From the NCBI RefSeq assembly GCF_006345805.1, contig NC_043017.1, positions 28,210,001 to 28,274,000 on the forward strand: a stretch of DNA of 64,000 nt. The letters run 5' to 3'. Below the pieces are notes generated by a model. It was not told the origin of the DNA, ran no database searches, and saw only the letters and a list, made by a program, of their open reading frames with translations. This document shows, in pieces, positions 12,883-25,511 of this stretch. A program made the translations under genes and the position numbers. This DNA comes from Octopus sinensis. Its lineage: Eukaryota. The first letter of the stretch is position 1; every line of letters starts with the position of its first letter.

Positions 12883-13047
12883 CACGACGGGTTTTTTTCA
12901 GTTTCCGTCTTCCAAATCCACTCACAAGGCTTTGGTCGGCCCGACGCTATAGTAGAAAACACTTGCCCAAGGTGCCACGCGGTTGGACTGAACCCGGGAC
13001 CATGTGGTTGGTAAGCAAGCTACTTACGACATACCCACTCCTACGCC
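12883..13047 (-). mobile_element. SINE family A, 5' half
   Basis: Reverse complement of head, ends in (TA)n. Confidence 0.85.
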
Positions 13048-13287
13048 TATGTATTGAACTGGATCAAATGATAGACTAAAATATATCATTGAGGACATAC
13101 ATGGTAAACGTGGTTCCGTTTTTACATGAATGTAACCATATATCATTTGCCACTCATGAGAGAAACTCTCTATCACAGTATGATTTGTTTCAATAGAGCA
13201 TCCATATTTAAGTGGCGATATTTATTTCCTCTCAACATTAATACTGCCTCTGTAACTAATATATATTATCAAACAAGTTTATTGGCT

Positions 13288-13692
13288 ATCTGTTTGTCTG
13301 TCCTTGTTTGTCCTCTCTGTGTTTAGCTCCTTGTGGGTAGTAAAAAAATAGGTATTTCGTCTGTCTGAGTTCAAATTCCGCTGAGGTCGACTTTGCCTTT
13401 CATCATTTCGGGGTCGATAAATTAAGTACCAGTTACGTACTGGGGTCGATGTAATCGACTTAATCCGTTTGTCTGTCCTTGTTTGTCCTCTCTGTGTTTA
13501 GCCCTTGTGGGTAGTAAAGAAATAGGTATTTCGTCTGTCTTTACGTTCTGCGTTCAAATTCCGCCGAAGTCGACTTTGCCTTTCATCCTTTCGGGGTCGA
13601 GAAATTGAGTACCAGCTGCGTACTGCGGTCGAGCTAACCGACTGGCCCCCTCCTCCAAAATTTCGGGCCTTGTGCCTAGAATAGAAAAGGAT
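13288..13692 (+). mobile_element. SINE family B multimer (about 2.3 units)
   Basis: Repeated ggtatttcgtctg...gagttcaaattccgccgaggtcgactttgcctttcatcctttcggggtcgata units, last one with alternative tail. Confidence 0.9.
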
Positions 13693-15507
13693 ATCTAAGC
13701 GACGTGACAGCGAAATTAATATATATTATATCTGTGTGTCTACATACATACAGCATTCTCTAATTTCCCATACGACTATTCACTCTTTTACCTCACATTC
13801 AGGGTCACTTTCATATGCCTGAGATATGTGAAATAGCGTTGTTTTTCTTTCTTCGTGCCATGAATGAATTGTTCTTTATATGGTTTAAACGAAATAGCTT
13901 AACAATTAGGACAAACGAAAATAACAAAATATATATCTAGAGTCTTATCTATTCTGCATATGATTGATTTCAGGATGTACTAAAATACAGAATTCTCAAT
14001 ACTCTGTATAACATCAAGTAAATGTAGGCATCCAAGAATGCTATATCTGTTTTGCTTTATTGCAATATCGTGTTGTTTATGGCTGTGTTTTATCATTGTT
14101 ACAACCGCAGTTTGACTTCGTAATTGAATACGTTGTAACTGACGCTGGAAAAATGCATTATAAAACAAAAAAGCCTATATTTAAGTAGTGAAAAATTGCA
14201 TCCATGAATATAAATCCAAGATTTTGTAGTTCAATAAACTACCGGTGACCGTTCCATTTGACCTTCGGTTATATCCATTTTCTATATCTAGAGAATAAAT
14301 ATCTATGTTCATTTGAATCTGGAACTTTACAACGTATTTAAAGAAGGGAAGAAGAAGAATGGCAATAAAAGTTATTGCTGAACATTTGGAGAATTCTATT
14401 GCGCCATTGCGATTTATTTTTGTATAAATTCTAACAAATAGTGGTCGTATTCTGTCAAAGTTTGTAAAGATAGGTTAAATACTTAAACGGAAAGACTGAC
14501 AGCACTTTTTATGGAATACTTGGGACATGATAAGTTCATATTCAGTTCTTTATATAGAACATATGAAAGAATCTCATTAATATATTGCGTATAGCTACGA
14601 TTATGATGAACGACATTTCACAAAACAACAACAATAACAACAAAAATATATCAGAAAGTGAAGGAAAAATATAATAATGTATGATAGAAGGAAAGAAAGC
14701 ATGGCTTGGTAAAATGGGAACATACTTAAAATAAATACGGATGTGACCTCCTATTATGCATAAAAGTGCTTTCTACTAGATAATCTCTAGTAGAGAGATG
14801 TCTGTTTCCATGTCCACAAATTAAGCGCGTTCTAAGTGATCTTAATTAAATCTGACATGACTTTGCTCTAGTTGAGGCTACAGATCTGAATATATAATCA
14901 AGAATCGTATCGTTGAAAGTTGGTAAACTGCCAAGTGTTGGTAAACCACAAATCAATGAATCTCGATGACTCCTGGCATATTTTCAGTGACCTAGGACCA
15001 TTTATCTGTTTTTTTTTTTTTTTTTCCTGGACATAGTGCTGTACTGCTGAACGAATGGATGGATCAATTTCCAGCTAAACGGCTCATTTTTACTAATTTT
15101 CTTTTTTTTTTTTTTTTTTTTTTTTTCTGCTTTCTCCCAATAAATTTGCTGAAATGTTGGTGAAAATGCCAAGCTGTATATTACAGGAGATTTCCACTCT
15201 GAAATTGCGTTTGTAATTTCATAGCAGAGAGAAGGCATTTGCCTTTGTGTTGAAGGGCATATTAGGAATGGCGGGGTCGACTTCTCCCTTTCTTATGTTA
15301 TAGATATGATTTATGTCTTGTTATTTTGATATTTTACTTATTTTTTCTTTTCAATACGTGTATATATTATTATTATTATTATTATTATTATTACTTTTCT
15401 CACTCCTATGGAAATGCAGGTTTTTCTTTTATTGAAATAGGTTACAACTGCAGCAAATAAAAGACTCCATTGTCTTCGTCATCGACATCATCGTCATCAT
15501 CATTAAA

Positions 15508-17292
15508 GAGGTGTGATGGCAGAATAGCTAGCACGCTGGCCAAAATGCATTTCGACACTTTGTTCGAGTCAATAAATTAAGTACCAGTTACGTACAGGTG
15601 TCGATGTAATCGACTTAATCCCTTTGTCTGTCCTTGTTTGTCCTCTCTGTGTTTAGCCCCTTGTGGGTAGTAAAAAAAATAGGTATTTCGTCTGTCTTTA
15701 CGTTCTGAGTTCAAATTCCGCCGAGGTCGACTTTGCCTTTCATCCTTTCAGGGTCGATAAATTAAGTACCAGTTACGTACTGGTGTCGATGTAATAGACT
15801 TAATCCGTTTGTCTGTCCTTGTTTGTCCTCTGTGTGTGTAGCTCCATGTAGGTAGTAAAGAAATAGGTATTTCGTCTGCCTTTACGTTCTGAGTTCAAAT
15901 TCCGCTGAGGTCGACTTTGCCTTTCATCCTTTCAGGGTCGATAAATTAAGTACCAGTTACGTACTGGTGTCGATGTAATAGACTTAATCCGTTTGTCTGT
16001 CCTTGTTTGTCCTCTGTGTGTGTAGCTCCTTGTAGGTAGTAAAGAAATAGGTATTTCGTCTGTCTTTACGTTCTGAGTTCAAATTCTGCCGAGGTCGCCT
16101 TCGCCTTTTATCGTTTCGGGGTCGATAAAATAAGCATCAGTATAACACTGGGTCCGATATAATCGGCTAGTCCCCTCACACAAATTTTCAACCTTTGTGC
16201 CTTCTGCAGAAAGGATTATTATAATTATTATTGTTCTTGTTGTTGGTGTAAAATGTGGGTGGTCTGTCAGAATCGTAGCGTGCTGGCGGCGAGCTGGCAG
16301 AAATGTTAGCACGCCGGGCGAAATGCGTGCCCGTATTTCGGCTGAGTTCTGTGGGTAGTAAAGAAATAGGTATTTCGTCGCCGCTGCGTTCTGAGTTCAA
16401 ATTTCGCCGAGGAGGACTTTGTCTTTCATCTTTTCTGGGTCGATTAAATAAGTACCAGTTACGCACTGGAGTTAATACAATCGACTTAATCCGTTTGTCT
16501 GCCCTTGTTTCTCCTCTCTGTGTTTAGCCCCTTGTGGGTAGTAAAGAAATAGGTATTTCATCCGCCGCTGTGTTCTGAGTTCAAATTCCGCCGAGGAAGA
16601 CTTTGTCTTTCATCTTTTCTGGGTCGATTAAATAAGTACCAGTTACGCACTGGGGTTGATATAATCAACTTAATCCGTTTGTCTGTTCTTGTTTCTCCTC
16701 CCTGTGTTTAGACCCTTGTGAGTAGTAAATAAATAGGTATTTCTTCTGTTTTTATGTTCTGACTTGAAATTCCACCGAGGTCGTCTTTGCCTGTCATCCT
16801 TTCGGGGCCGATAAATTATGTAATCAACTCAATCCGTTTGTCTGTCCTTGTTTGTCCCATCTATGTTTAATCGCTTGTGGGCAATAAAGAAATAAGTATT
16901 GTAAGCGTGTTGGGCAAAATACTCAACCGTATTTAATACGGTTCTTTACGTTCTGAATTCAAATTCTGTTGAGGTTAACTTTACCGTCAATCCTTTCGCA
17001 GTCGATAAAATAAGTACCAGTAGATTACTGGGTCGATATTAACAACTAACCCCTCCCCAGAAATTGCTGGTTTTATGCCATTACACCCTAATTGTATACC
17101 CTTATTTGTATACCCGACGAGGATTTCGTCCTGCTTAACTTTCTGAGTTCAAATACCTCCCAGGTCATCTTTACCTTCCATCGTTTTGGGGTCGATAATA
17201 TAAGTACCAGTTTAGCGCTGGGGGGTTGCTGTAAACAATTTACCTCCTCCCCTGAATGTGTTAGCCTTTTGCCATATTTTGAAACCATTATA
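15508..17292 (+). repeat. Tandem array of SINE family B units (183-184-bp period, about 9-10 units)
   Basis: Unit starts ggtatttc at 15682, 15866, 16050, 16369, 16552, 16736; heads at 15508 and 16285. Confidence 0.95.
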
Positions 17293-17341
17293 AGAAGATC
17301 CTCGAACGAAAATAATAACTGTCGTCTTTATTATCATTTTA

Positions 17342-17717
17342 CCCCTCTTTTATTCTTTTGTTTCAGTCATTTGACTGCGGCCATGCTGGAGCACCGCCTT
17401 TAGTCGAGCAAATCAACCCCGGAACTTATTCTTTGTAAGCCCAGTACTTATTCTATCGGTCTGTTTTGCCGAACCGCTAAGTGACGGGGACGTAAACACA
17501 CCAGCATCGGTTGTCAAGCAATGCTAGGGGGACAAACACAAACACACATATATACGACAGGCTTCTTTCAGTTTCCGTCTACCAAATCCACTCACAGGGC
17601 ATTGTTTGGCCCGGGGCTAGAGCAGAAGACACTTGCCCAAGATGCCACGCAGTGGGACTGAACCCGGAACCATGTGGTTGGTTAGCAAGCTACCTACCAC
17701 ACAGCCACTCCTGCGCC
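17342..17717 (-). mobile_element. SINE family A, full length
   Basis: Reverse complement of consensus, short internal microsatellite. Confidence 0.95.
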
Positions 17718-18322
17718 TCTGTATAAATACTTGCTATAAGTTAGTGTATATCACTGATAAAAACTGTTGTTGATAATTTTTTAAATATAATTTATACATT
17801 TAGTTGTTGTCGGTTTTTATTATAGGAAATAGCTTTGTAAGTTTATTTTTGCTGTTGATTTTTTATTAGTTGTTGAGATTTCTTTTTTATTTCTTTCATG
17901 TTTTTTTTTTTTTTTTTTTTTTCGAAACATTATTCTTTCGGAATTTCATTAACTCACTACTAATTACTGCAAATGTGATATGATGAGTTCATGTTACTGC
18001 GGATGATTAAACAGAGAAGATTTAACTAATGAATCCTATTACGAACGATGATGTATATATGATGGTGGTGGTGGATCTCCGTCGTTGTCTGTCATCTGAA
18101 TAAACTGCTCCAGCATTATCGCATTTGTGGTTGAACATTCTACTGATAAGTGTAACCTCGACGTAATTATCAGCTCCATAACACATCAGTGTGACATTGT
18201 CAAAATAGACAATAGAACGAAATAGAATAAATGCTATTTCTATAACAATCAAGATTACGATGCATCCATAGAAATACTTTGCATAATGTGAAAGAGTCGA
18301 GATTGTATTAAACAAGAGAAAA

Positions 18323-18540
18323 GTGGCGATCTGGCAGAAACGTTATTACACCAGTCAAAAATGCTTAGGAGAACTTGGTGCGTTTTTACTTTCAGAGCTT
18401 AAAGAGCGCCGAGGTTGACTTTGCCCTTAAATTATTTCAGGGTTGATAAGATAAGAACCCCTTGAATCGTGGGATTGGTGTAATCGACTGTCGTCTACCC
18501 AGAAAATCTCAGGCCACCCGTCGACTGTAGAAAGAAATAT
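18323..18540 (+). mobile_element. SINE family B monomer, diverged
   Basis: gtggcgatctggcagaaacgtta head, gaggttgactttgcc body. Confidence 0.75.
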
Positions 18541-18940
18541 ATTCTTTTCTACTCTAGGGACAAGGCCCGAAATTTTGTTCTTTTTGGGGGGGAGGGGGGT
18601 CGATTAGATCGATTGCAGTAAGCAATCGACTATCGACTCCAAAAAGGATGACAGGCTAAGTCGACCTCGGTGGAATTTGAACTCAGAACGTAAAGGTAGA
18701 CGAAATACCTATTTATTTACTACCCACAAGGGGCTAAACACAGAGAAGACAAACAAGGACAGACAAACGGATTAAGTCGATTATATCGACCCTAGTGCGT
18801 AACTGGTACTTAATTTATCGATCCCGAAAGGATGAAAGGCAAAGTCGACCTCGGCGGAATTTGAACTCAGAACGTTGCGGCAGACGAAATACCACTAAGC
18901 ATTTCGCTTGGCGTGCTAACGTTTCTGCCAGCTTGCCGCT
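18541..18940 (-). mobile_element. SINE family B dimer
   Basis: Head plus two bodies, reverse strand; head abuts (TAA)n. Confidence 0.9.
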
Positions 18941-18965
18941 TTAATAATAATAATATAATAAACAT

Positions 18966-19088
18966 ATTATTATAAAAGATCAGACAAAAAAGGTGTGTTT
19001 ATTAATTGACATGAGTATTCTTTGTCATCACAATATAGCGGCGAAAGAATTTGACAAGTTCAGTACATATAAAGACTTGCTAACAGAA
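18966..19088 (+). mobile_element. Restriction-like endonuclease fragment of an R4/Dong-type LINE
   Basis: Hand translation IIIKDQTKKVCLLIDMSILCHHNIAAKEFDKFSTYKDLLTE fits the PD..(D)..K..KY RLE motif region. Confidence 0.75.
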
Positions 19089-19157
19089 ACGTTGCGGCAG
19101 ACGAAATACGGCTAAGCATTTCGCCCGGCGCGCTAATGATTCTACCAGCTCGCCGCT
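19085..19157 (-). mobile_element. SINE family B head fragment
   Basis: Matches 18869-18940. Confidence 0.85.
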
Positions 19158-19242
19158 TTAGTGATAACTAAATGAAATTAAGCGCGAAGTTATCAAGTGT
19201 GACATCATAAAACTAATACAGGAATGTCCTCTTTTTTTCTAG

Positions 19243-19344
19243 GTCGGTGTATGGAACTTGAATACAGGAACAAACTTTTCAATTCCACAGACAGAACCTG
19301 CCCCTCCATTCGGGAACAAAACAATGGTGGTGACAACGATATTG
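19243..19344 (+). CDS. Internal coding exon of an ionotropic glutamate receptor (AMPA/kainate-like), ATD end to S1 start
   Basis: Acceptor cctctttttttctAG, donor GTaaga, 102 bp phase 0-0; VGVWNLNTGTNFSIPQTEPAPPFGNKTMVVTTIL resembles kainate/AMPA IGTW...NRSLIVTTIL preceding EEPY. Confidence 0.85.
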
Positions 19345-19628
19345 GTAAGACTGTCTTTTTTTATCAATTTAATTATCTTATTGATAGATAGTACCTTCAC
19401 CTCCTACTCTTCCTCCAACACCTGGCCATATGTTACCATTCCACTATTTACCTGTTTCTTTATAATGTCTCAGCTTAACCTTTTCGTCCTTGTAAGCATG
19501 ATGGTCTATATCTTACTTTGCGATTTGTTGATTTGCCCAAACATCAGGCCATGTCCTATTATCTTTATTTGTGACTGAATGTGAGAATATATATATAATG
19601 GAATAATTACTGCTAAGCATTGTGTAGA

Positions 19629-19878
19629 ATATATTGTATAAAAGATCGTGGCTAAGGCCAAAACAATGCGAAGTAAATCACAAGAAAACAAATATGTGAC
19701 TCAATGTAGACTTACCTTGTATTCAATATTTCGGAGATATGACCCCATTTTCAAGAAATTCACGAAATATTGAACACAAGGTAAGTTTACAGTAATTCAC
19801 ATATTACTTTTCTTGTGATTTACATTGCATAAACTTCGCATTGTTTTGGCCTTACCCACGATCTTTTATACACTATAT
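19629..19878. mobile_element. Fold-back palindrome (about 105-bp arms, about 29-nt loop)
   Basis: 19629-19733 is the reverse complement of 19763-19878 apart from an 11-nt indel and a few mismatches; adjoins (TA)n. Confidence 0.85.
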
Positions 19879-20520
19879 GTATATATATATATATATATAT
19901 ACATATACATACATGAACATATACGTTTATATAAATATATATATATATATATACATGAATATATATATATACATGAACATATATGTTTATATACATAAAT
20001 ATATATATATATATACAAACATATACATACATATATGTGTGTGTGGATGTATACCTATATATTTGCATATAAGTATATACTGTATGCGTATTTATATAGA
20101 TATATATGCATATATATAGTATGTTATATAATATATACATATACGTGTGTGCAATATTTGCTTATTTTTCTGTCTTTATTAATTAATATTATGTGATATA
20201 TGTGTAAATATATATAAACATACAGGCATGTATATATATATATGTATGTATATGTGTAGGTATATATGTATATTTATATGCATGTATATATATATATGTA
20301 TATATATGTGTGTGTGTGTGTGTGTCTGTGTGTATGTGTATATTTATATGCAGGTATATATGTGTATATATGTTTATGTATATCTATATGCATGTATATA
20401 TGTAGGTATATATGTATATTTATATGCATGTATATATGTGTATATATGTTTATGTATATATGTATACCTATATGCATGAATATATGTATATTTATATGCA
20501 TATATATATATATATATCAT
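19879..20520. repeat. Compound TA/TG microsatellite region
   Basis: Direct inspection. Confidence 0.9.
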
Positions 20521-21665
20521 GTGTATCAGTGTGTCTCTATTTTGCCTATGTTCATTTCGTGTCCAAATTATTTATACACTATTCTATTGCAGACACTTTT
20601 GGATCGTATTTTACCTATCAGGGTTTCGTATACTAGGATTCGAAGAATCCATTATTAGCACTCCCCAGACATATCTTGAATAGACTAAAGCTTTTTCTGA
20701 GTTTTCACCTACGGTTTCATACAGCACCCGTAAACTGTAGGTGACACGCGACACACTTTGTAATCCTCTGTGAAGGATTTCATGGCATACGTTTCCCAGC
20801 ATAATTTGATGAGTCTCGGGGTTATATTTCACTAATTCTCATATATGAAAATTATTGGAAAACTCGTCAAAAAGAAGTCTGTAATGGTGTACTGCATAAA
20901 TAATTTGTATACCCACTCTTGCGTGTGCTTGTACTTCTGATTCTAGTATCCTTAAAGCCCTGCATATATATGTAAATACATATATATATGTAAATACATA
21001 TATATATAGATATATATATAGATATACATATATATATGAGCGCCATACTAATACAATTGTTTGTTTGTACTCCACCTGCCTTCGTCTTTTGTTTATTTTC
21101 ATAAAGCTTCCCGTTATATATATATATATATAAATATATATAAAGTATATTTCATTTTTTTGTCAAACTTTCCTTTGCTACTTATATATTTCAATTAGTA
21201 TTATAAATTATTTGAAATTTGCTTATTTATGTAGGTATGTATGTAACGTTGTATGTATATTAACGTATAAGTATATGCTTATGTTTGTATGTATGTATGT
21301 ATGGTTGCAAGCATGATAGTATGTATGTATGGTTGCAAGCATGATAGTATGTGAGTATTTTTGCATGGATGGGTGGATAGATGGACGCATGGATGAATGC
21401 ATGCATGCATGATAAATATAGATTTCCCCAATAGGAGAGAGTCTTACATGGATGAATTTTTTGTATGGCACATGCTTTATGCATCTTCCAGCCTAAAAAA
21501 ATTGTGACTGGTCAATATGTATCATTCTTAAATCAAGATCATATTTATGTAAGGTTAGGAAGGGTGTTCGCTCCTGTGTTGATAATAGATTATGTTTTTC
21601 ATTTCCTGATCGAAACGTTTTAAGATGGTCAAGTCAGTCGTTCAAGAAAAAAATTACATTATACA

Positions 21666-21801
21666 TAGGAGTGGCTGTGTGGTAAGTAGCTTGCTTACCG
21701 ACCACATGGTTCAGGGTTCAGTCCCACTACATGGCACCTTGGGCCTACCAAAGCCTTGTGAGTGGATTTGGTAGACGGAAACTAAAAAAAAAAAACTCAT
21801 C

Positions 21802-21835
<34 letters not shown>

Positions 21836-22038
21836 TTGTCCTCCCAACAACGCTTGACAACCGATGCTGGTGTGTTTACGTCCCCGTAACTTAGCGGTTC
21901 GGCAAAAAAACCGATGGAATAAGTACTAGCCTTACAAAGAATAAGTCCTTGGGTCGATTTGCTCGACTAAAGGTGGTGCTCCAGCATGGCCACAGTCAAA
22001 TTGCTGAAACAAGTAAAAGAGTAAAAGAGAGTGAAGAG
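21666..22038 (+). mobile_element. SINE family A with small internal deletion
   Basis: Head, (TG)n, tail. Confidence 0.9.
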
Positions 22039-22501
22039 TATACAAATTATCGTGCATGCTCGCGTAAGCGTGTGTCCTCGTAGCCACGCTGCGTTAAAAG
22101 GTATAACCGTGGCTAGGGAATGAATTTCTTATACAGTTAAACTAAATACTAAACATCAGAAATTTTTCGTTACTAATATCAAGTTCGATTTGAGGGAATG
22201 AAAAGAAAACCCCTGGTAAACATTGCGATAGATTCCCTTCAACTGAGAAAAGATGATAATTTAATGAATCAAAAATTCCTCAGAAATGGCTGCCCTCAAG
22301 GAAAGTACACGTTTTTAAAGTCAATTTTACAACTCTAGACACCTGCTTCCGCCTCAAAGGGTTGTTTGAGCACAGCAAGTATCTTTATATGACGTCTTGT
22401 TAGAGATAAACCCAACGACCAAAATATTTTTGGCCTGCAGCTATTCGTATAATTAAGCTATATAAGTGCCTATATATACACGCACACACACACACACACA
22501 C

Positions 22502-22532
<31 letters not shown>

Positions 22533-22901
22533 AATAAGCATGTGTCCATGTATAATTATATGTGTACATGATTATTTCTCTATGTATATCTGCACGTTTG
22601 CATCGCTTTCGGCAATGTCTGTCCACATGTGCAGCCTTCTGTACTCATTAAAGATTAACTTAAATGGCTACATATTATAATGGCGTGTATATCTTAAACG
22701 TAACGTTCTGTTGAATCCACAACATACAATATCAAACAATGCAGAATCAAATGCACCTAGAATGCATCGGTCTGACCTCAGAATAATTCCCATCTCCTCA
22801 CTTTTATGACAAAGTATTTAGCGATCCATCAAGGACGACAGCCACAGTGATACATCTATCTATCCGTCTGTATGGATTGTGTATGTATGCATCTATCTAT
22901 C

Positions 22902-22942
<41 letters not shown>

Positions 22943-23092
22943 TTATATATAACCTCGATAAGGATTTCGGAGTGCGAGTTCACATTATTTGAGCACTACT
23001 AGATATTTTTTAAAATATAGAACATCTCTGGATCTTACCTGATCACTCGTCACACACACACACACGCACACACACACACACCACACACAGAG

Positions 23093-23141
<49 letters not shown>

Positions 23142-23151
23142 ATATATATAT

Positions 23152-23297
23152 CACATCTAAATTAACTATGAATTAACCATCCTCTCACACCGTCTCTGAT
23201 GAAGGGATATATTTAATATCCTAGAAACTGCTGTAAGACCTATCTATAAATGCTCTAATACCTACACAGCCTTGTTTTTTTTTTATCTCATTACGCT
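23152..23297 (+). mobile_element. Penelope-like remnant P3 embedded in (TA)n
   Basis: About 145-bp unique island between two (TA)n tracts, containing hammerhead motif. Confidence 0.65.
23192..23239 (+). ncRNA. Minimal type I hammerhead ribozyme motif with intact core
   Basis: gtct-CTGATGA-ag-ggatat attta atatcc-ta-GAAA-ctgct-GTA-agac; stem III one change from palindromic cagctg. Confidence 0.8.
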
Positions 23298-23325
23298 ATA
23301 TATATATATATATATATGTATATAA

Positions 23326-23367
<42 letters not shown>

Positions 23368-23796
23368 CACACACACAGTTTCGTCTTGTATGTATCATGC
23401 GTACATATGAGGTCCCCACCTGTCACATAATGAAGTATTCAAAGATCTAACGCTACATTCACGTAAAGTTGGATATAAAGATTGCGTTTTGGTATTAATA
23501 CTATTTCTGCCGCTAATAATTATATAATTATTATTTTAATAATCCTCCTTTCTATTTGTAATATTAGTGCCTGAATAGTCACTGATTTCATATAACGCTG
23601 GCAGTAAGATTGGACTGGTATACGTCTACAGGACGTCTGCCGCTGAGGAGGAGAAAGTCGAAATTACGCGATCTGATGCCCTTAACAGATGTATGTAGTC
23701 AGCGTTATAGATATGTGTGTTTTTATGTACTGTCCTTTCATTTGAGAGGTTCCGTCAAGTATCCGGCGCTATATCAATATTTCCACGTTAAGTTAG

Positions 23797-23834
<38 letters not shown>

Positions 23835-24259
23835 TACGCACACACTTATGTATACATGTATGTGATAGGTATAGGATGTAAATTAGACACATTACGTATC
23901 TGGCGGTATTTTGAATTCCAGTGGCATAAATAGTAATTGTGGTTTCTCGGTCATGCCGAATTAATATTTTCATGAAATATGCCATCTATAACTGTCAATC
24001 ATAATAACTACGTAGCACGTAGCTTATCACTGATTCTCTTATCGGTAATTCCAATTCGCTGCATTGCGAAAGATTATTTATCAATTAAAAATTCTTCCCC
24101 CGGCAACGGTTTTACTACACATAGTGTAAAATTCATGTCGTAAACTTGTACGCAAGTTTTAGAGTTTCCCTTTCTAGACTGACTTTCCTAACATGTAATA
24201 GCACACTAGTACCAAGGAAACGAACATTGAAATTGAGCTAAAATAGCGTAATTGAGCGT

Positions 24260-24398
24260 AAGAACGCGGTTTCGATTTCCAGACCCGGCATTGTGAGTAT
24301 TTATTGAGCAAAAACACCTAAGCTTCACGAGTTTTCGGTGGGGCGGGGGTGAACCCCGCTGTACTCTTTCACAACAACTTTCTCTCACTCTTTCTTCG
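24260..24398 (+). mobile_element. SINE family C fragment
   Basis: cgcggtttcgatttccagacccgg...caactttctctcactc. Confidence 0.8.
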
Positions 24399-24664
24399 AC
24401 AAAGCAGAGGAACCATGGTGTAAACCACTATGGTGTGGTAACATTTTCAGACCCTAGTCTACATTGCCAATACTCTGTACCCCAGGATGGTTTAACTCTC
24501 CACTGTTTACGGAATGAGGATAACAACGTAGCTTTCGCGCCCGTGCCACCGCCAATCTATCGCGTGTGGTGAGTGGATCTTCAGGTTGCCACACGTATTC
24601 TTAGTAGCTTAGAGTAGGCTCGAATTAGAGATTATTCTTAGTGGCTAATGACATGAGTCTGATT

Positions 24665-24790
24665 AGAAGGACGACAACAACAAGAAGAACAAGAAGGAGG
24701 AGGAGAAAAAGAAGAACATCAAGGAGGAGGAGAAGAAGAAGAAGAACAACAACAACGAGGAGTAGGAGAAAAAGAAGAAGAAAGCAACGA
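24665..24790. repeat. (GAA/GGA/CAA)n trinucleotide tract
   Basis: Direct inspection. Confidence 0.9.
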
Positions 24791-25414
24791 TGGCAATGAA
24801 TTTTATCTGGAAATAGCACAATTGTCTATGTTTGTTCTCTTTATTTTCTGCGTTCAAATCCCGCCGCAGTCAACATAGAATGTTTCTCTCTGCGGTAAAT
24901 TAAATGTAGTGCCGGTGAAGCTGATATCACAAACTAAACCATGACCATTCGAAATTTCCGACCTTCTTCCTAAGGTAGAAATTTGAGCAATGCAGGGAAG
25001 AATCATTATGAAGTCGGACATAGAACCTTCCAGTATTTTTCCACATCTTTACGTCCGGAGTTCAATTTCCACTAAGCTAAATTTTGTCTTTCATCCCTCG
25101 TGTTGATAGAATTAAGGTACGAATAAGTACTTAAGTAGATATATAAGATTAGTCCCCTTGCCTTTAATTTTAGGCTTTTATCATAAATATACTACCGCTG
25201 TAAATATCATTCATTCGACCCTCTTTTTCCCTCCCGATAGCAGGATTAGCAACATTTCATACCTTTTCGAAGCGGGATATAATAAAGAGAGAAAATGTCT
25301 AATAATGTGGATGCCACAATGTCACATATAGCTGTATGTATTGTCAACAGGGCCAGGAAAATATTTCGTCGCTAACAAAATATTGTTTTACACTCTAAGC
25401 ATAAGGCTCGCAAG

Positions 25415-25511
25415 AGGTACTTAATTTCTAGACCCTGAAAGAATGAAAGGCAAAGTCGACCTCGGTGGAATTTGAACTCAGAACGTGATGATTGACGAAA
25501 TACCGCTAAGT
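25415..25511 (-). mobile_element. SINE family B fragment
   Basis: gaaaggcaaagtcgacctcggtggaatttgaactcagaacg. Confidence 0.8.

Noticed and set aside
19834-19853. 20-nt near match between the 19629 fold-back and SINE tail C3 (about 37189-37208)
   Set aside because: Short, does not extend, may be chance; noted as a caveat on the origin of that fold-back
23634-23690. Possible small exon (TSAAEEEKVEITRSDALNR)
   Set aside because: Weak acceptor, phase incompatible with the phase-0 iGluR exon, no recognisable motif
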